Assembly (NCBI GenBank): GCA_024400775.1
Contig: JAKSMF010000003.1
Span: forward strand, 1-40,786
Reading direction: 5' to 3'
Source of the DNA: Bacteroidales bacterium
GTDB lineage: Bacteria > Bacteroidota > Bacteroidia > Bacteroidales > WCHB1-69
Length of the DNA: 40,786 nt
Shown here in pieces: positions 17,258 through 26,292 of the stretch. The notes below the pieces were generated by a model that saw nothing but the letters and a program-made list of their open reading frames with translations, had not been told where the DNA came from and made no database searches. Position 1 is the first letter of the stretch. Each line of letters starts with the position of its first letter. The translations under genes were made by a program, and so were the position numbers.

Positions 17258-18703
17258 TTAATATACGTGTGATGCTGAGTTCAAGTTGTCACCACGCTGA
17301 CGGCCCATGTAGGACTGAACGCAGCGGAAGCCAACGTAAGAACAGCAAGTATCCTGATATTCGAAAGTCTTAGCATATACCGTGTTATAGTAGCTAACAT
17401 CTTTCCAAGAACCGCCACGGATCACCTTTCTCTTCTTTTCCGGAGAATCACCCTTCTTTGCATAATAGGTGTACTGCGGGTTCAAGTCGTGAGTGAAGTT
17501 GACAGCTGACTTGTCGAATGCATCTTCGCACCATTCAGCAACATTACCACTCATATCGTACAAACCGAAATCGTTCGGATGATAGTGAGCCACAATGCCA
17601 GGATAGATGTTACCGTCAGCGATATAGTTACCACGTTGCGGTTTGAAGTTCAACAGGTAGCAACCGTTCATGTTCTGGGTGTAAGGACCACCCCAAGGAT
17701 ACATCTGCATGTCGAAGTCGCCACGAGCTGCCCATTCCCATTCTGCCTCATTCGGCAAACGGAATTCTTGTTCACGGGCATAATCGTTGGCAGAAAGCCA
17801 GCAGTTTCTCAAATGGGTTCTCCAATAACAGAATGCTTTGGCCTGTCGCCATGAAATACCGACTACCGGATAATTATCAAACTGAGGATGGAAGAAGTAG
17901 TTCAACGTCATCGGTTCGTTATAGGAATAGGTAAAGTCGTGTACCCAGCACAATGTATCGGGATAGATGTTTACCAATTCACTCTTCATAAAGCGTTCAC
18001 GACCTTTATTGTAAGAACTCGGACGGCTGGCGAAGAGACCACCAAGATCGTTGCCTTCTTTATCCATTTCCTTATAGGAAGCACCATAATTCGGGTTGTT
18101 CGGATCATCCGGCAAAGAGCGATCAATCTGGTTTCTATAATCGCACCACCAATACTCATAATTCAGCATGCTGACATTGAGCATTTTGGGAGAATAATGA
18201 TAGAAACGAGAGTTAGCGACAAGGAACATCGGGCTTAAAGCGGCCTGAACCTCTTCATTTTCGGAATTCCAATCGATTTCTTCCTTCCAATTGATGAGCT
18301 TAGGTTCTACCAATTCGCCTTCGTTTTCGCCTGATTCATACTTAACGAAATGGCCACCGTGTTTCTCTTCTTCCTCGATTTCAGCATTACCCAGCAAATA
18401 GTGAGCAATAGAATCGCGGACCCAATAAACAAATTGGCGGTATTCATTGTTAGTAATTTCAGTTTCGTCCATGTACATAGCCGAAATCGTCACGTTCTTT
18501 GACTGATGGGTAAAGGCGAAGGGGACATCCTGGTCACCAGAGCCCATAAGGTAATGACCTGCGGGCACATACACCATACCATACGGCATTAAATCCAAAA
18601 AGTCTGGGCGGTCTTTGACGCCAACTAATTGGCCGTCGCCATCGTTCTTACACGAGGTGAGCAGAATGACGACTGCTGCGAATAATAATGCTGACTTTTT
18701 CAT
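17258..18703 (-). CDS. gldK: T9SS/gliding lipoprotein GldK (PorK), FGE-sulfatase/SUMF1 fold
   Basis: Start reassigned to 18703 (MKKSALLFAAVVILLTSC lipobox). MDETEITNNEYRQFV, YPDTLCW, YPVVGISW, RLPNEAEWE.AARG, LYDMSGNVAEW, RGGSW and GFRCV. Confidence 0.95.
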   Translation of the reverse strand: MKKSALLFAAVVILLTSCKNDGDGQLVGVKDRPDFLDLMPYGMVYVPAGHYLMGSGDQDVPFAFTHQSKNVTISAMYMDETEITNNEYRQFVYWVRDSIAHYLLGNAEIEEEEKHGGHFVKYESGENEGELVEPKLINWKEEIDWNSENEEVQAALSPMFLVANSRFYHYSPKMLNVSMLNYEYWWCDYRNQIDRSLPDDPNNPNYGASYKEMDKEGNDLGGLFASRPSSYNKGRERFMKSELVNIYPDTLCWVHDFTYSYNEPMTLNYFFHPQFDNYPVVGISWRQAKAFCYWRTHLRNCWLSANDYAREQEFRLPNEAEWEWAARGDFDMQMYPWGGPYTQNMNGCYLLNFKPQRGNYIADGNIYPGIVAHYHPNDFGLYDMSGNVAEWCEDAFDKSAVNFTHDLNPQYTYYAKKGDSPEKKRKVIRGGSWKDVSYYNTVYAKTFEYQDTCCSYVGFRCVQSYMGRQRGDNLNSASHVY

Positions 18704-18753
18704 ATCTATCGAATTTGATAATTTATTAAACGGAGTTACGAACAATTTATTGT

Positions 18754-19779
18754 TTAATAAACGTTCTTATAAATATTACGGGTGGAACCGTAACCGGAGA
18801 AGACCTCTTCTTTGTAGATGTCGAAGCAATAACGGAGCATGATTTCAATATCACCATAGCTGCGATCAGGTTTGTAACCCAACTTGCTGGTGGTAAAGCT
18901 GTATGCAAGGCCCATTTCAAGACCTTTCAGGTAATTATTAGAAGAATTAAAGAAGGGACGTGCGCCAAAGAGTACGGAAACGGCATCCTGAATACGATAG
19001 GAAAGACCGCCCCAAAGGATTCCATTGTAACGGGCCAGAACCATCAAATCGAACTGGGCAGTAGCAAGGTCGGTTTTAATCAAAGCCTGCGGGAGGATTT
19101 CCCAGCTGGGATCCCAGGGAAGTACCCAGTCGTAACCGCCATGGATGTAAAGGTTGCGAGCCATTTGATAAGACTGTTTATCTCCAGACAAACGGATTTT
19201 CTCAGCCACCTGAGTTACGCCGACACCGGCATTCCAACGGTCTGCTTTGTAATAAACGCCAGCGCTGAAATCAAGATCAAGCCAGGATTCTTCGTTGGCC
19301 ATGCCGTTCAGCAACGGGTCGTTATCCTGCGTCGGCTGCCAATGAGAAGCATCCAACTTTTGGCTCAACATCTGAACCTGAACACCAATTCCTATACTAC
19401 CGGTAGGGATTTTCAACTTGAAGGAATAACCCAATTTCACACCAACATTATTGAAAAAACCGATTTTATCTTTAATAAAAGTGACACCTAAACCGCCATG
19501 CAATTTACGCAGATAGGATTCCATGCTAAGATAAATCTGCTGAGGTGAGGTGTTGAATTTGGTAGTATTACCATCGCCATCTACATAGCTGTCATTCCAG
19601 CCCGCATACTGCTGGCGGAAAATGCCGGTAAAACACAAAGTGTTGCTCTGCTCTCCAATGGCACCCGCGTTATAATAGGGAGTAGCCCACTGAAAAAGCG
19701 CAAATTGCGCGTCTTGTTGAGCAAAAGCGCAAGTCGTGAAAACGAACAAGATGGCCGATAAAATGTACCTTTTCTTCAT
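18754..19779 (-). CDS. porP: T9SS membrane protein, PorP/SprF family
   Basis: AQQDAQF..F...YYNAG..G, FRQQYAG and WGGLSYR..DAV beta-barrel patterns; directly upstream of gldK as in porPKLMN. Confidence 0.9.
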   Translation of the reverse strand: MKKRYILSAILFVFTTCAFAQQDAQFALFQWATPYYNAGAIGEQSNTLCFTGIFRQQYAGWNDSYVDGDGNTTKFNTSPQQIYLSMESYLRKLHGGLGVTFIKDKIGFFNNVGVKLGYSFKLKIPTGSIGIGVQVQMLSQKLDASHWQPTQDNDPLLNGMANEESWLDLDFSAGVYYKADRWNAGVGVTQVAEKIRLSGDKQSYQMARNLYIHGGYDWVLPWDPSWEILPQALIKTDLATAQFDLMVLARYNGILWGGLSYRIQDAVSVLFGARPFFNSSNNYLKGLEMGLAYSFTTSKLGYKPDRSYGDIEIMLRYCFDIYKEEVFSGYGSTRNIYKNVY

Positions 19780-19939
19780 ATTTTGATTTTTCTGTTATTT
19801 TTACATCATAAATGCAAAATATTGATAATTAACAAGTTACTTTCCGAACTTTTTGTTTTTTCTGACTTGTATTTGTTGTTATACTGCAGATTCACAAAAA
19901 TGTTACAGAAAAACTTGTTTCCCTATAAATTTTGCGGGC

Positions 19940-19947
19940 CAAAAGTA
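19940..19947 (-). promoter_or_regulatory. -7 box (TACTTTTG) upstream of porP
   Basis: CAAAAGTA on +, about 160 nt upstream of the porP ATG in an AT-rich intergenic region. Confidence 0.55.
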
Positions 19948-20088
19948 CAAAAAAACTTTTTAGGTTGTACCACTATTTTTCAACTTTTGACGAAAAAATA
20001 ATTACGCGGCAAATCAACTGTTTCAGTTTAACAAGATTACAATTGTAAACACCCATTTGTTGAAATAAAAAAAGAGAGAGAAAAAAAA

Positions 20089-23000
20089 TCAGAACATTGC
20101 TTTCAACTGTAAATATCCGGTATGAATCAGGCGATTTTCATTGGTAAGACGGCCTTCATACTGCAAACTCAATTGCAAATATTCAAATAATTTGGCCTGA
20201 TAGCCGACATTCCAAAGAAAATTATTTCCAGCGGTCAACCCTTCGAGCATCTCATAGGAAATCGAATTGTTAGTGTTTTGATTATATAACACCTTGATAT
20301 ATTGAAGATTGACACTTAATGTTCCGCGCTCCTTCATTCGATAGTCGGCAGATAGAATCGCCTGATAAAGATTGGCTTTGTCGGCCGCCCAAAGATTGCG
20401 TTTGTAGGTCATCGTAAAATCAGCAGAAAGTGAAAGATTGTTCTCGAGATTCAGAATCACACAGTTTTTCAATTTATGCGAAAGAATCTGAAAATTGTGT
20501 CCTTCAAAGCAATCCGAGCTGTTAGAGTTTTTGATTCTTGAATATATTGTCTTAATAATCAACATTTTAACGGGAGAACTACGAAAAGACAACTGATGAC
20601 AGTCCGACTGCGTGCTTTCTACACCATAATATAATAGATTTTTCGCCTGATTATGGGAATAGGTATAATCTGCTGAAAAATAAGGATTGGGGAGTGCAAA
20701 ATTCAAACTGTTCTTCACATTGGCCGTTTGACTGACCAAGACGGAATCGTCAAGAGAAAACAGGAAAGGGTTGAATGCCCTAAGCTCCTGTTGCAACGTA
20801 TTTTTCTGATACGTGCGCAACGTGGTCGTGTTGCCGAACATAGCCAAAAAACCACGAAATCCCTTCTGGTTGCGCCAAACATTGGCCGGGCGAAGTTGCA
20901 ACGACTGAGTGGTTCCGCAGTTACGCGTATTCACATACTCATTTGTGGTGAGCCAAACCTTCACATAATCAGCTTCGCTTTGGAAAGCAGCCAGTTCGAA
21001 CTCATCCAGTTCTTCAATGCCATTGCCGTTATAGTCGTTCCAGACATGTGTTCCCTGCCCTGCCGCAACCTTCAGAAACGCATAGTTTTTCTTTTGTTCC
21101 AAACCGCTGCCGGCCTCATAGTATATGCTAAGCGTGACCGCGCCCTTCCAGAAAGAGCCATAATAGTCAATGCTCCCCACGAAATTATGTTCGGAAACAA
21201 ATTGGGAAGATGTATCCCTCACATTATCATTACGATAAACGGCACTACCCTTCAGTCGGTTATGCTTCCACTGCAAAAATTCAAAGCTCACCTTCGCTTC
21301 GTGCGCGACAGAATTAAGACGCAAAGCATCTTCGTTCAAGCCATAATCCAAACGGTTCATATATTGCAAAGAATATGAATAATTTGTTGAATCACTGTTC
21401 TTTACATATACCGCAGCTTCATTAAACGCATAACTTCCAGCACGCATTCGAGCATTTTCGGCCAGTCGGAAGATATTATACTCCAGATTTTCGCGTACGC
21501 CAACCGCCACCTTGGAAAAGTTTTTTGAAAAGTCATTGTCGCTCTTTACAAAGTTGGTCTTTTGAACATTATCTTTCGTCATCAAATAAGATGTTGCGGC
21601 ATTCCAGCGCCAACCGCGAAAATGATGCGATGAAACGATTTGGCTTCGCAAGCCGCTGACTTCACCAAAACGATAGAGCCAGTTGGCTGCAAAAATGGTT
21701 GACCCGCAGATCGGGTGCGAAAATCCAGTAGAAACTTTGACGATTTGTTCTGAAGCCGTTGTCGAATAATCATCCGTCAAATTGTAATCGCGGAAAAATT
21801 CCACATTACGGAAACTGGAGAAAGGAGTAAAATCCTTGTGTATCAGTTCGTAATCCACACCTACCGAATAACGCCACAATGAATCATTGTGCTTTCGGTT
21901 TACCACTTTCGTTTTATAATCCAGATTCAATTTATAGGCCAGACCAGCATTATCGTGGTCATCAGCTTTGGCAAAAAGGTTTTTATCCTCGTATGAAAAC
22001 GCCACTTCCGTACGGATTTTCAGTTTATCGGAAAGTGTATAAGATGCGCCGACGGTTAGCATATCCCTCATTTTAGGCGTGTTGAGCAACGTTATGGGTT
22101 CATAGTCGCCTTGCGGAACGCCGTTTTCGGGAGCCACCCACTGATAGAGCTTGCCGTTGGCCGCACTTTGAGACAAAATGTAGTTGCCCTGATGCGCGCC
22201 GACATAACTGAACGCCACTCGATAAACGGAGTCGTGCGACTTTCCAGCAAACACATATATATTATTGTATAATGTGCCATTCACCAACGTATCGACTTTA
22301 TGATATAGGATTTCATTGATAGTGAAATCATTAACCAGAGTCGCACTATTGTAATTAGCCGCTGAAAGCCGGTCTCCGATTTCCGAGAGAAAAAGCATTT
22401 GATCGTTGTTGAGTTCGGGCTGAATGGACTGACCTTTCAAATCCTGTTCATGAAAAAAATTCACGTTCAACGTCAGTTTGCTATTTTTTTCATGAGTGAA
22501 CTCATTGTATGCAAACAAGTTAAATCGAGAATAATACTGATCGCTATATTCAAAGGTAACAATAATACGACTATGTTCCGTAATCAGATGCCGTGCGGTA
22601 AAGGTGATTTCACCCAGATTATAATCAATGATATAATCGTTATCCTGACCGCGAGTAAGCAGCACTCCGTCAAGATAGACCTGCTCCGAACCGGAGAGAA
22701 TGATCAGGTTGGTTTCGTTTTGTTCGCCAGAAAGTTTATACGGTCCCTGCACGCCGTTGAGCGCGGGAATTACATTTCGGGCATATTTGCCCTTCGTAAT
22801 ACCGCCACCGACCATGTTGGAGAGGTGATTTACCGAATCCGAAAGAGAATTCACATTTGCCTTTATGCCAATAAATTGCCGATTTATTTGGAAAAAGTAG
22901 GAATTTTGCGGCGACGCGAGCTCCACATCACCCGCATGAATTTGGAGCAAGTCCTTGTATTTAAGTTGAATAAAGACCTTATTAAAATCGCGAAGATAAC

Positions 23001-23577
23001 GAGTGTTGCCTTCCGGCTGAACGGGGACATTTTCATCGGTGATGTTAGCTAAGATCTCCAGTCCGGGCGCCAACATTCCAGAAAGTTGGAGGTTAAGGTT
23101 GGCATCGAGGACAAAATTCTGATTATTGCCGACGGAGACGCTACGGGAAATGGAGCCATTGCCCTGCAAATCGGAATCAAACAGTGACGTTTCCGTTGGC
23201 GGCGTGATTATTGAAAGGTTGTGGGAAGTCGGATCCGGCACAAAACGGGGCAGGATGATGTCGGTGGACTTATGCGCGTGTGGCTGCGCAAAATTCATTG
23301 GAAGCACGCGATATGTATAAGAGATAGAGCGACCGAGCAACTCCGGGGTGCGCAATCGAAGCGTGGCTGAAGCACAATCAACCGTATAATCAGCGCTGTC
23401 CAAACCTGTAACGAAGAGCGAGCCCGGCAAGATGGATAGCGAATCCAACGACACGACAAGTGAATCAACAGTGCAAGTGCCGAATCTTACATTAGAATAA
23501 TTTTGCGAATGTAACTGATTTATTATCAATACATTAAAAACAATTACCAATAAAGAAACGCACCAATGTCGGGGCAT
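20089..23577 (-). CDS. Large hypothetical protein, probable outer-membrane beta-barrel with a SprA-like motif (1162 aa)
   Basis: Hydrophobic N-terminus; GSISRSVSVGNNQN..NLNLQLSG and GSEQVYLDGVLLTRGQDNDYIIDYNLGEITF; many amphipathic beta-strands; C-terminal GYLQLKAMF fits a BAM beta-signal. Confidence 0.75.
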   Translation of the reverse strand: MPRHWCVSLLVIVFNVLIINQLHSQNYSNVRFGTCTVDSLVVSLDSLSILPGSLFVTGLDSADYTVDCASATLRLRTPELLGRSISYTYRVLPMNFAQPHAHKSTDIILPRFVPDPTSHNLSIITPPTETSLFDSDLQGNGSISRSVSVGNNQNFVLDANLNLQLSGMLAPGLEILANITDENVPVQPEGNTRYLRDFNKVFIQLKYKDLLQIHAGDVELASPQNSYFFQINRQFIGIKANVNSLSDSVNHLSNMVGGGITKGKYARNVIPALNGVQGPYKLSGEQNETNLIILSGSEQVYLDGVLLTRGQDNDYIIDYNLGEITFTARHLITEHSRIIVTFEYSDQYYSRFNLFAYNEFTHEKNSKLTLNVNFFHEQDLKGQSIQPELNNDQMLFLSEIGDRLSAANYNSATLVNDFTINEILYHKVDTLVNGTLYNNIYVFAGKSHDSVYRVAFSYVGAHQGNYILSQSAANGKLYQWVAPENGVPQGDYEPITLLNTPKMRDMLTVGASYTLSDKLKIRTEVAFSYEDKNLFAKADDHDNAGLAYKLNLDYKTKVVNRKHNDSLWRYSVGVDYELIHKDFTPFSSFRNVEFFRDYNLTDDYSTTASEQIVKVSTGFSHPICGSTIFAANWLYRFGEVSGLRSQIVSSHHFRGWRWNAATSYLMTKDNVQKTNFVKSDNDFSKNFSKVAVGVRENLEYNIFRLAENARMRAGSYAFNEAAVYVKNSDSTNYSYSLQYMNRLDYGLNEDALRLNSVAHEAKVSFEFLQWKHNRLKGSAVYRNDNVRDTSSQFVSEHNFVGSIDYYGSFWKGAVTLSIYYEAGSGLEQKKNYAFLKVAAGQGTHVWNDYNGNGIEELDEFELAAFQSEADYVKVWLTTNEYVNTRNCGTTQSLQLRPANVWRNQKGFRGFLAMFGNTTTLRTYQKNTLQQELRAFNPFLFSLDDSVLVSQTANVKNSLNFALPNPYFSADYTYSHNQAKNLLYYGVESTQSDCHQLSFRSSPVKMLIIKTIYSRIKNSNSSDCFEGHNFQILSHKLKNCVILNLENNLSLSADFTMTYKRNLWAADKANLYQAILSADYRMKERGTLSVNLQYIKVLYNQNTNNSISYEMLEGLTAGNNFLWNVGYQAKLFEYLQLSLQYEGRLTNENRLIHTGYLQLKAMF

Positions 23578-23645
23578 GCACTCGATTTTTTCCGAAAGAA
23601 TAATGTAAAAAAACGGGATTTATTGTATCACGAAATCCGAACTGA

Positions 23646-24608
23646 CTATGAGAGTGCCTGGTTCACGCGCTGTGAGCTCTTCAGAATAGCATCGTACTCT
23701 TCGGGAGTAATATCTTGGAAGAAGTAGTGGACAGGGTTAACGCGGTCGCCATCTTTAATGACTTCGTAATGGAGGTGCGCCCCCGTGGATAAGCCAGTAT
23801 TGCCGACATAGCCAATCACCTGACCGCGAGTAACGCGTTCACCCGGCTTAACAGCTTTTTTGGAGAGGTGGGCGTAGAGCGTTTTGTAAGAATAGCCGTG
23901 ACTGATGACAATAACATTTCCGTAGCCGCCGCCCGGAGTTTCGCGAGTCACCACACCATCCGCGGTTGCATAAACGGGAGTGCCTTTGGCGGCAGAGATA
24001 TCAATACCGGTATGAGGGCGCAAAACCTTGAGGATCGGGTGGTAACGGTAGCCGAAACCAGATGAAATTTCATAACAGTTGGGCAAGGGTCGAATGGCAG
24101 GAATAGACTGGAGCATCTCCTTTTTCTTGCCAATCAGGGTGGTGAGTGTATCAAAAGAGCGAGATTGCGCCGCCAAGCAGACCGTCAGCTTGTCGGCCTT
24201 ACGCTGTATTTCATCCAGCATGGTGATGGCATCAGGAGAGGTGACGGCTTTGTGATTAGCGGAACGGTTAAGGAACGGATAACGTTCACTCATTGGCAGC
24301 GGGTCACTTTCGAAGATGGCGCGGTAGATGTTGTCATCGCGTTCCTGCATGTCGGTAGCGACGGTTACAAGTTGTTCGTAACGGGTATTCAGTTGTTTGA
24401 GTTCACGTTTCAGCTGGTCGTTTTCCTGTCGGAGCATCAACTCCTTCGGAGAATCGATCAGGTAGAAGGAAATCCAGACGATGACCACCGAAAACGCGAG
24501 TGCGGTTGCCAAAAACCAAAGCACACGCTTCAAGATGTCCTTCCAAGAGAACTTCTTTTTCTCAAAAGAGAGGGTTTTCGGATTAAAGTAGTAAATCGAC
24601 TGGGGCAT
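23646..24608 (-). CDS. M23 family metallopeptidase (murein endopeptidase)
   Basis: N-terminal TM and coiled coil; SSGFGYRYHP, HTGID, YAHL and STGAHLHYEV (HxxxD and HxH). Confidence 0.94.
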   Translation of the reverse strand: MPQSIYYFNPKTLSFEKKKFSWKDILKRVLWFLATALAFSVVIVWISFYLIDSPKELMLRQENDQLKRELKQLNTRYEQLVTVATDMQERDDNIYRAIFESDPLPMSERYPFLNRSANHKAVTSPDAITMLDEIQRKADKLTVCLAAQSRSFDTLTTLIGKKKEMLQSIPAIRPLPNCYEISSGFGYRYHPILKVLRPHTGIDISAAKGTPVYATADGVVTRETPGGGYGNVIVISHGYSYKTLYAHLSKKAVKPGERVTRGQVIGYVGNTGLSTGAHLHYEVIKDGDRVNPVHYFFQDITPEEYDAILKSSQRVNQALS

Positions 24609-24620
24609 ACGGTGCTTTGA

Positions 24621-25994
24621 TTATTTCAATTTGAGGATGCGGCCTTTTTTTAATTCGGCGCGTTCGGATAGTCCGTTCAAGGCGCACAGTTTCTTAAGTT
24701 TGATGCCGGTTTTCTGCGAAATGTAGAGCAAACTTTCCGTATTTTTAACCGTATAAGTCTGATTTTCACCAACATTACGTTTTTTCTCCAAATATACGAC
24801 CTGACCGATTTGCAATTTACCGGTACCCGTAGCGTCGTTGAACTTCTTCAGTTTTTTCTCTTTGGATTGAGTATCGTGAGCGATTTTTGCATACGTATCG
24901 CCTTTTTGTGCGATAACAAAAATCACTTTATTATTCTGATAAACAGCACGTTCGGTAAACGGATAATCCGTTACAGCGGGATATTGTCCGTCGCGGGCGG
25001 AAAAAACGGTGAGCGGAGTGGGAAGTTCTTCCACGACATCGGTTTCAGCAGAGGGAGTCTGTTTAGCGGTCTGGGCCGAAGGTTGCGAAGCTATAGCCGG
25101 CTTGTTATTGTCGGCTTTGGATGCAGAGACAGGGGCCGGGGCGCTTTTGGCAGGTTTTGCGCTGTTGCTTGAATTGGCAGGTTTGTCAGTGCCAGACATT
25201 GAACCGGAGTTATGACCAGAATCATTTTTCTGCGGATTGGCTTTCTGGTTGTTTTTCACTTTCCCATGACGCGCAGGCTTCGCAGGTTGCGGTTTTTCCG
25301 TAGTCGGTTGTGGCGCGACCGTCGGTTGCGGGGTGGCCGGTTTTTCATTGGCTTGCTCTGGTTTGGCAGTCGGTGTCACCGGTTTGCCGTGATTTTCGGC
25401 AAAAGAGTATTCCGCCAAAAGTTCGGGATGAACGTCAGGATAGTTTTTGAAGTATCCGTTTTGGAGACGCTGCTGATAAATGGTATCCAAATAGGAGATG
25501 TGATAACGTTCAATGATGCTGATGAGGCGGTCGGCGTATTGCGGATTAGTGGCATAACCGGCGGCTTTCAATCCGCGAGCCCAGCCAGGATAATCCATGA
25601 CGTTCAAGGTGAACAACGAAGCATAGCGCTGACGGTTTTTCAAAAATTCAGAATGATCCGTATAAGAATCTTCAACTTTTTCATATTTTCGGAAACATTC
25701 CTGCAATTCATCGTCATCAATCAGGATGGTGTCACCGGTCCAATCCTTGTGGCATTTGATGCCGAAGTGATTATTTCCATCTTTCGCCAAATGGCTTTTA
25801 CCGCAACCGCTTTCAAAGATGCCCTGCGCGATGGTAATGCTCGCTGGAATTTTATATTCATACATCTTATTGATAGCCAGTTCTTTATAGGTATCAATAT
25901 AGATATAGATATCTTGTTCAGTGTATTGTGCCCGCATTTGCTGACAGAAAGCCAACATGGCGACGGCGAGTAATAATTTTCCGAAATGCTTCAT
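24621..25994 (-). CDS. Glucosaminidase (GH73) with two C-terminal LysM domains
   Basis: IPASITIAQGIFESG, NNHFGIKC, CFRKY, AAGYATNPQYA; LysM-like KGDTYAKIA and TESLLYISQKTGI...NGL; signal peptide. Confidence 0.92.
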   Translation of the reverse strand: MKHFGKLLLAVAMLAFCQQMRAQYTEQDIYIYIDTYKELAINKMYEYKIPASITIAQGIFESGCGKSHLAKDGNNHFGIKCHKDWTGDTILIDDDELQECFRKYEKVEDSYTDHSEFLKNRQRYASLFTLNVMDYPGWARGLKAAGYATNPQYADRLISIIERYHISYLDTIYQQRLQNGYFKNYPDVHPELLAEYSFAENHGKPVTPTAKPEQANEKPATPQPTVAPQPTTEKPQPAKPARHGKVKNNQKANPQKNDSGHNSGSMSGTDKPANSSNSAKPAKSAPAPVSASKADNNKPAIASQPSAQTAKQTPSAETDVVEELPTPLTVFSARDGQYPAVTDYPFTERAVYQNNKVIFVIAQKGDTYAKIAHDTQSKEKKLKKFNDATGTGKLQIGQVVYLEKKRNVGENQTYTVKNTESLLYISQKTGIKLKKLCALNGLSERAELKKGRILKLK

Positions 25995-26022
25995 AATATA
26001 TTATATTGTATAATAAGCGCGG

Positions 26023-26030
26023 CAAAAGTA
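26023..26030 (-). promoter_or_regulatory. -7 box (TACTTTTG) for the glucosaminidase-M23 unit
   Basis: CAAAAGTA on +, about 30 nt upstream of ATG 25994. Confidence 0.65.
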
Positions 26031-26255
26031 ATACATTTAGGGCAAAAGGAATATTACGTTTCGTGCAATCCATCAACACATTATCGTTAATAAAAACGCA
26101 CCCACGAAACTGATTTCCTCATTTTCCAATCCGTCTCACGTACATTGTTTGATTTTCACCAATCCGCCTCACTTGGATTGCACTTTTCCCTATCATTTAA
26201 AATAAAAAAAAGTAAAATATTTTTCAAAAGTGCATTCATCGTATTGTTTTTCTTG

Positions 26256-26263
26256 TAATTTTG
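26256..26263 (+). promoter_or_regulatory. -7 box (TAATTTTG) for speA
   Basis: TAATTTTGCC about 30 nt upstream of ATG 26293. Confidence 0.6.
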
Positions 26264-26292
26264 CCGACTAAATTTAATGCGTCATAAAAAAG

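Noticed and set aside
17258-18703. Formylglycine-generating enzyme (sulfatase maturation)
   Set aside because: The FGE fold, lipobox and position between porP and gldL identify GldK/PorK.
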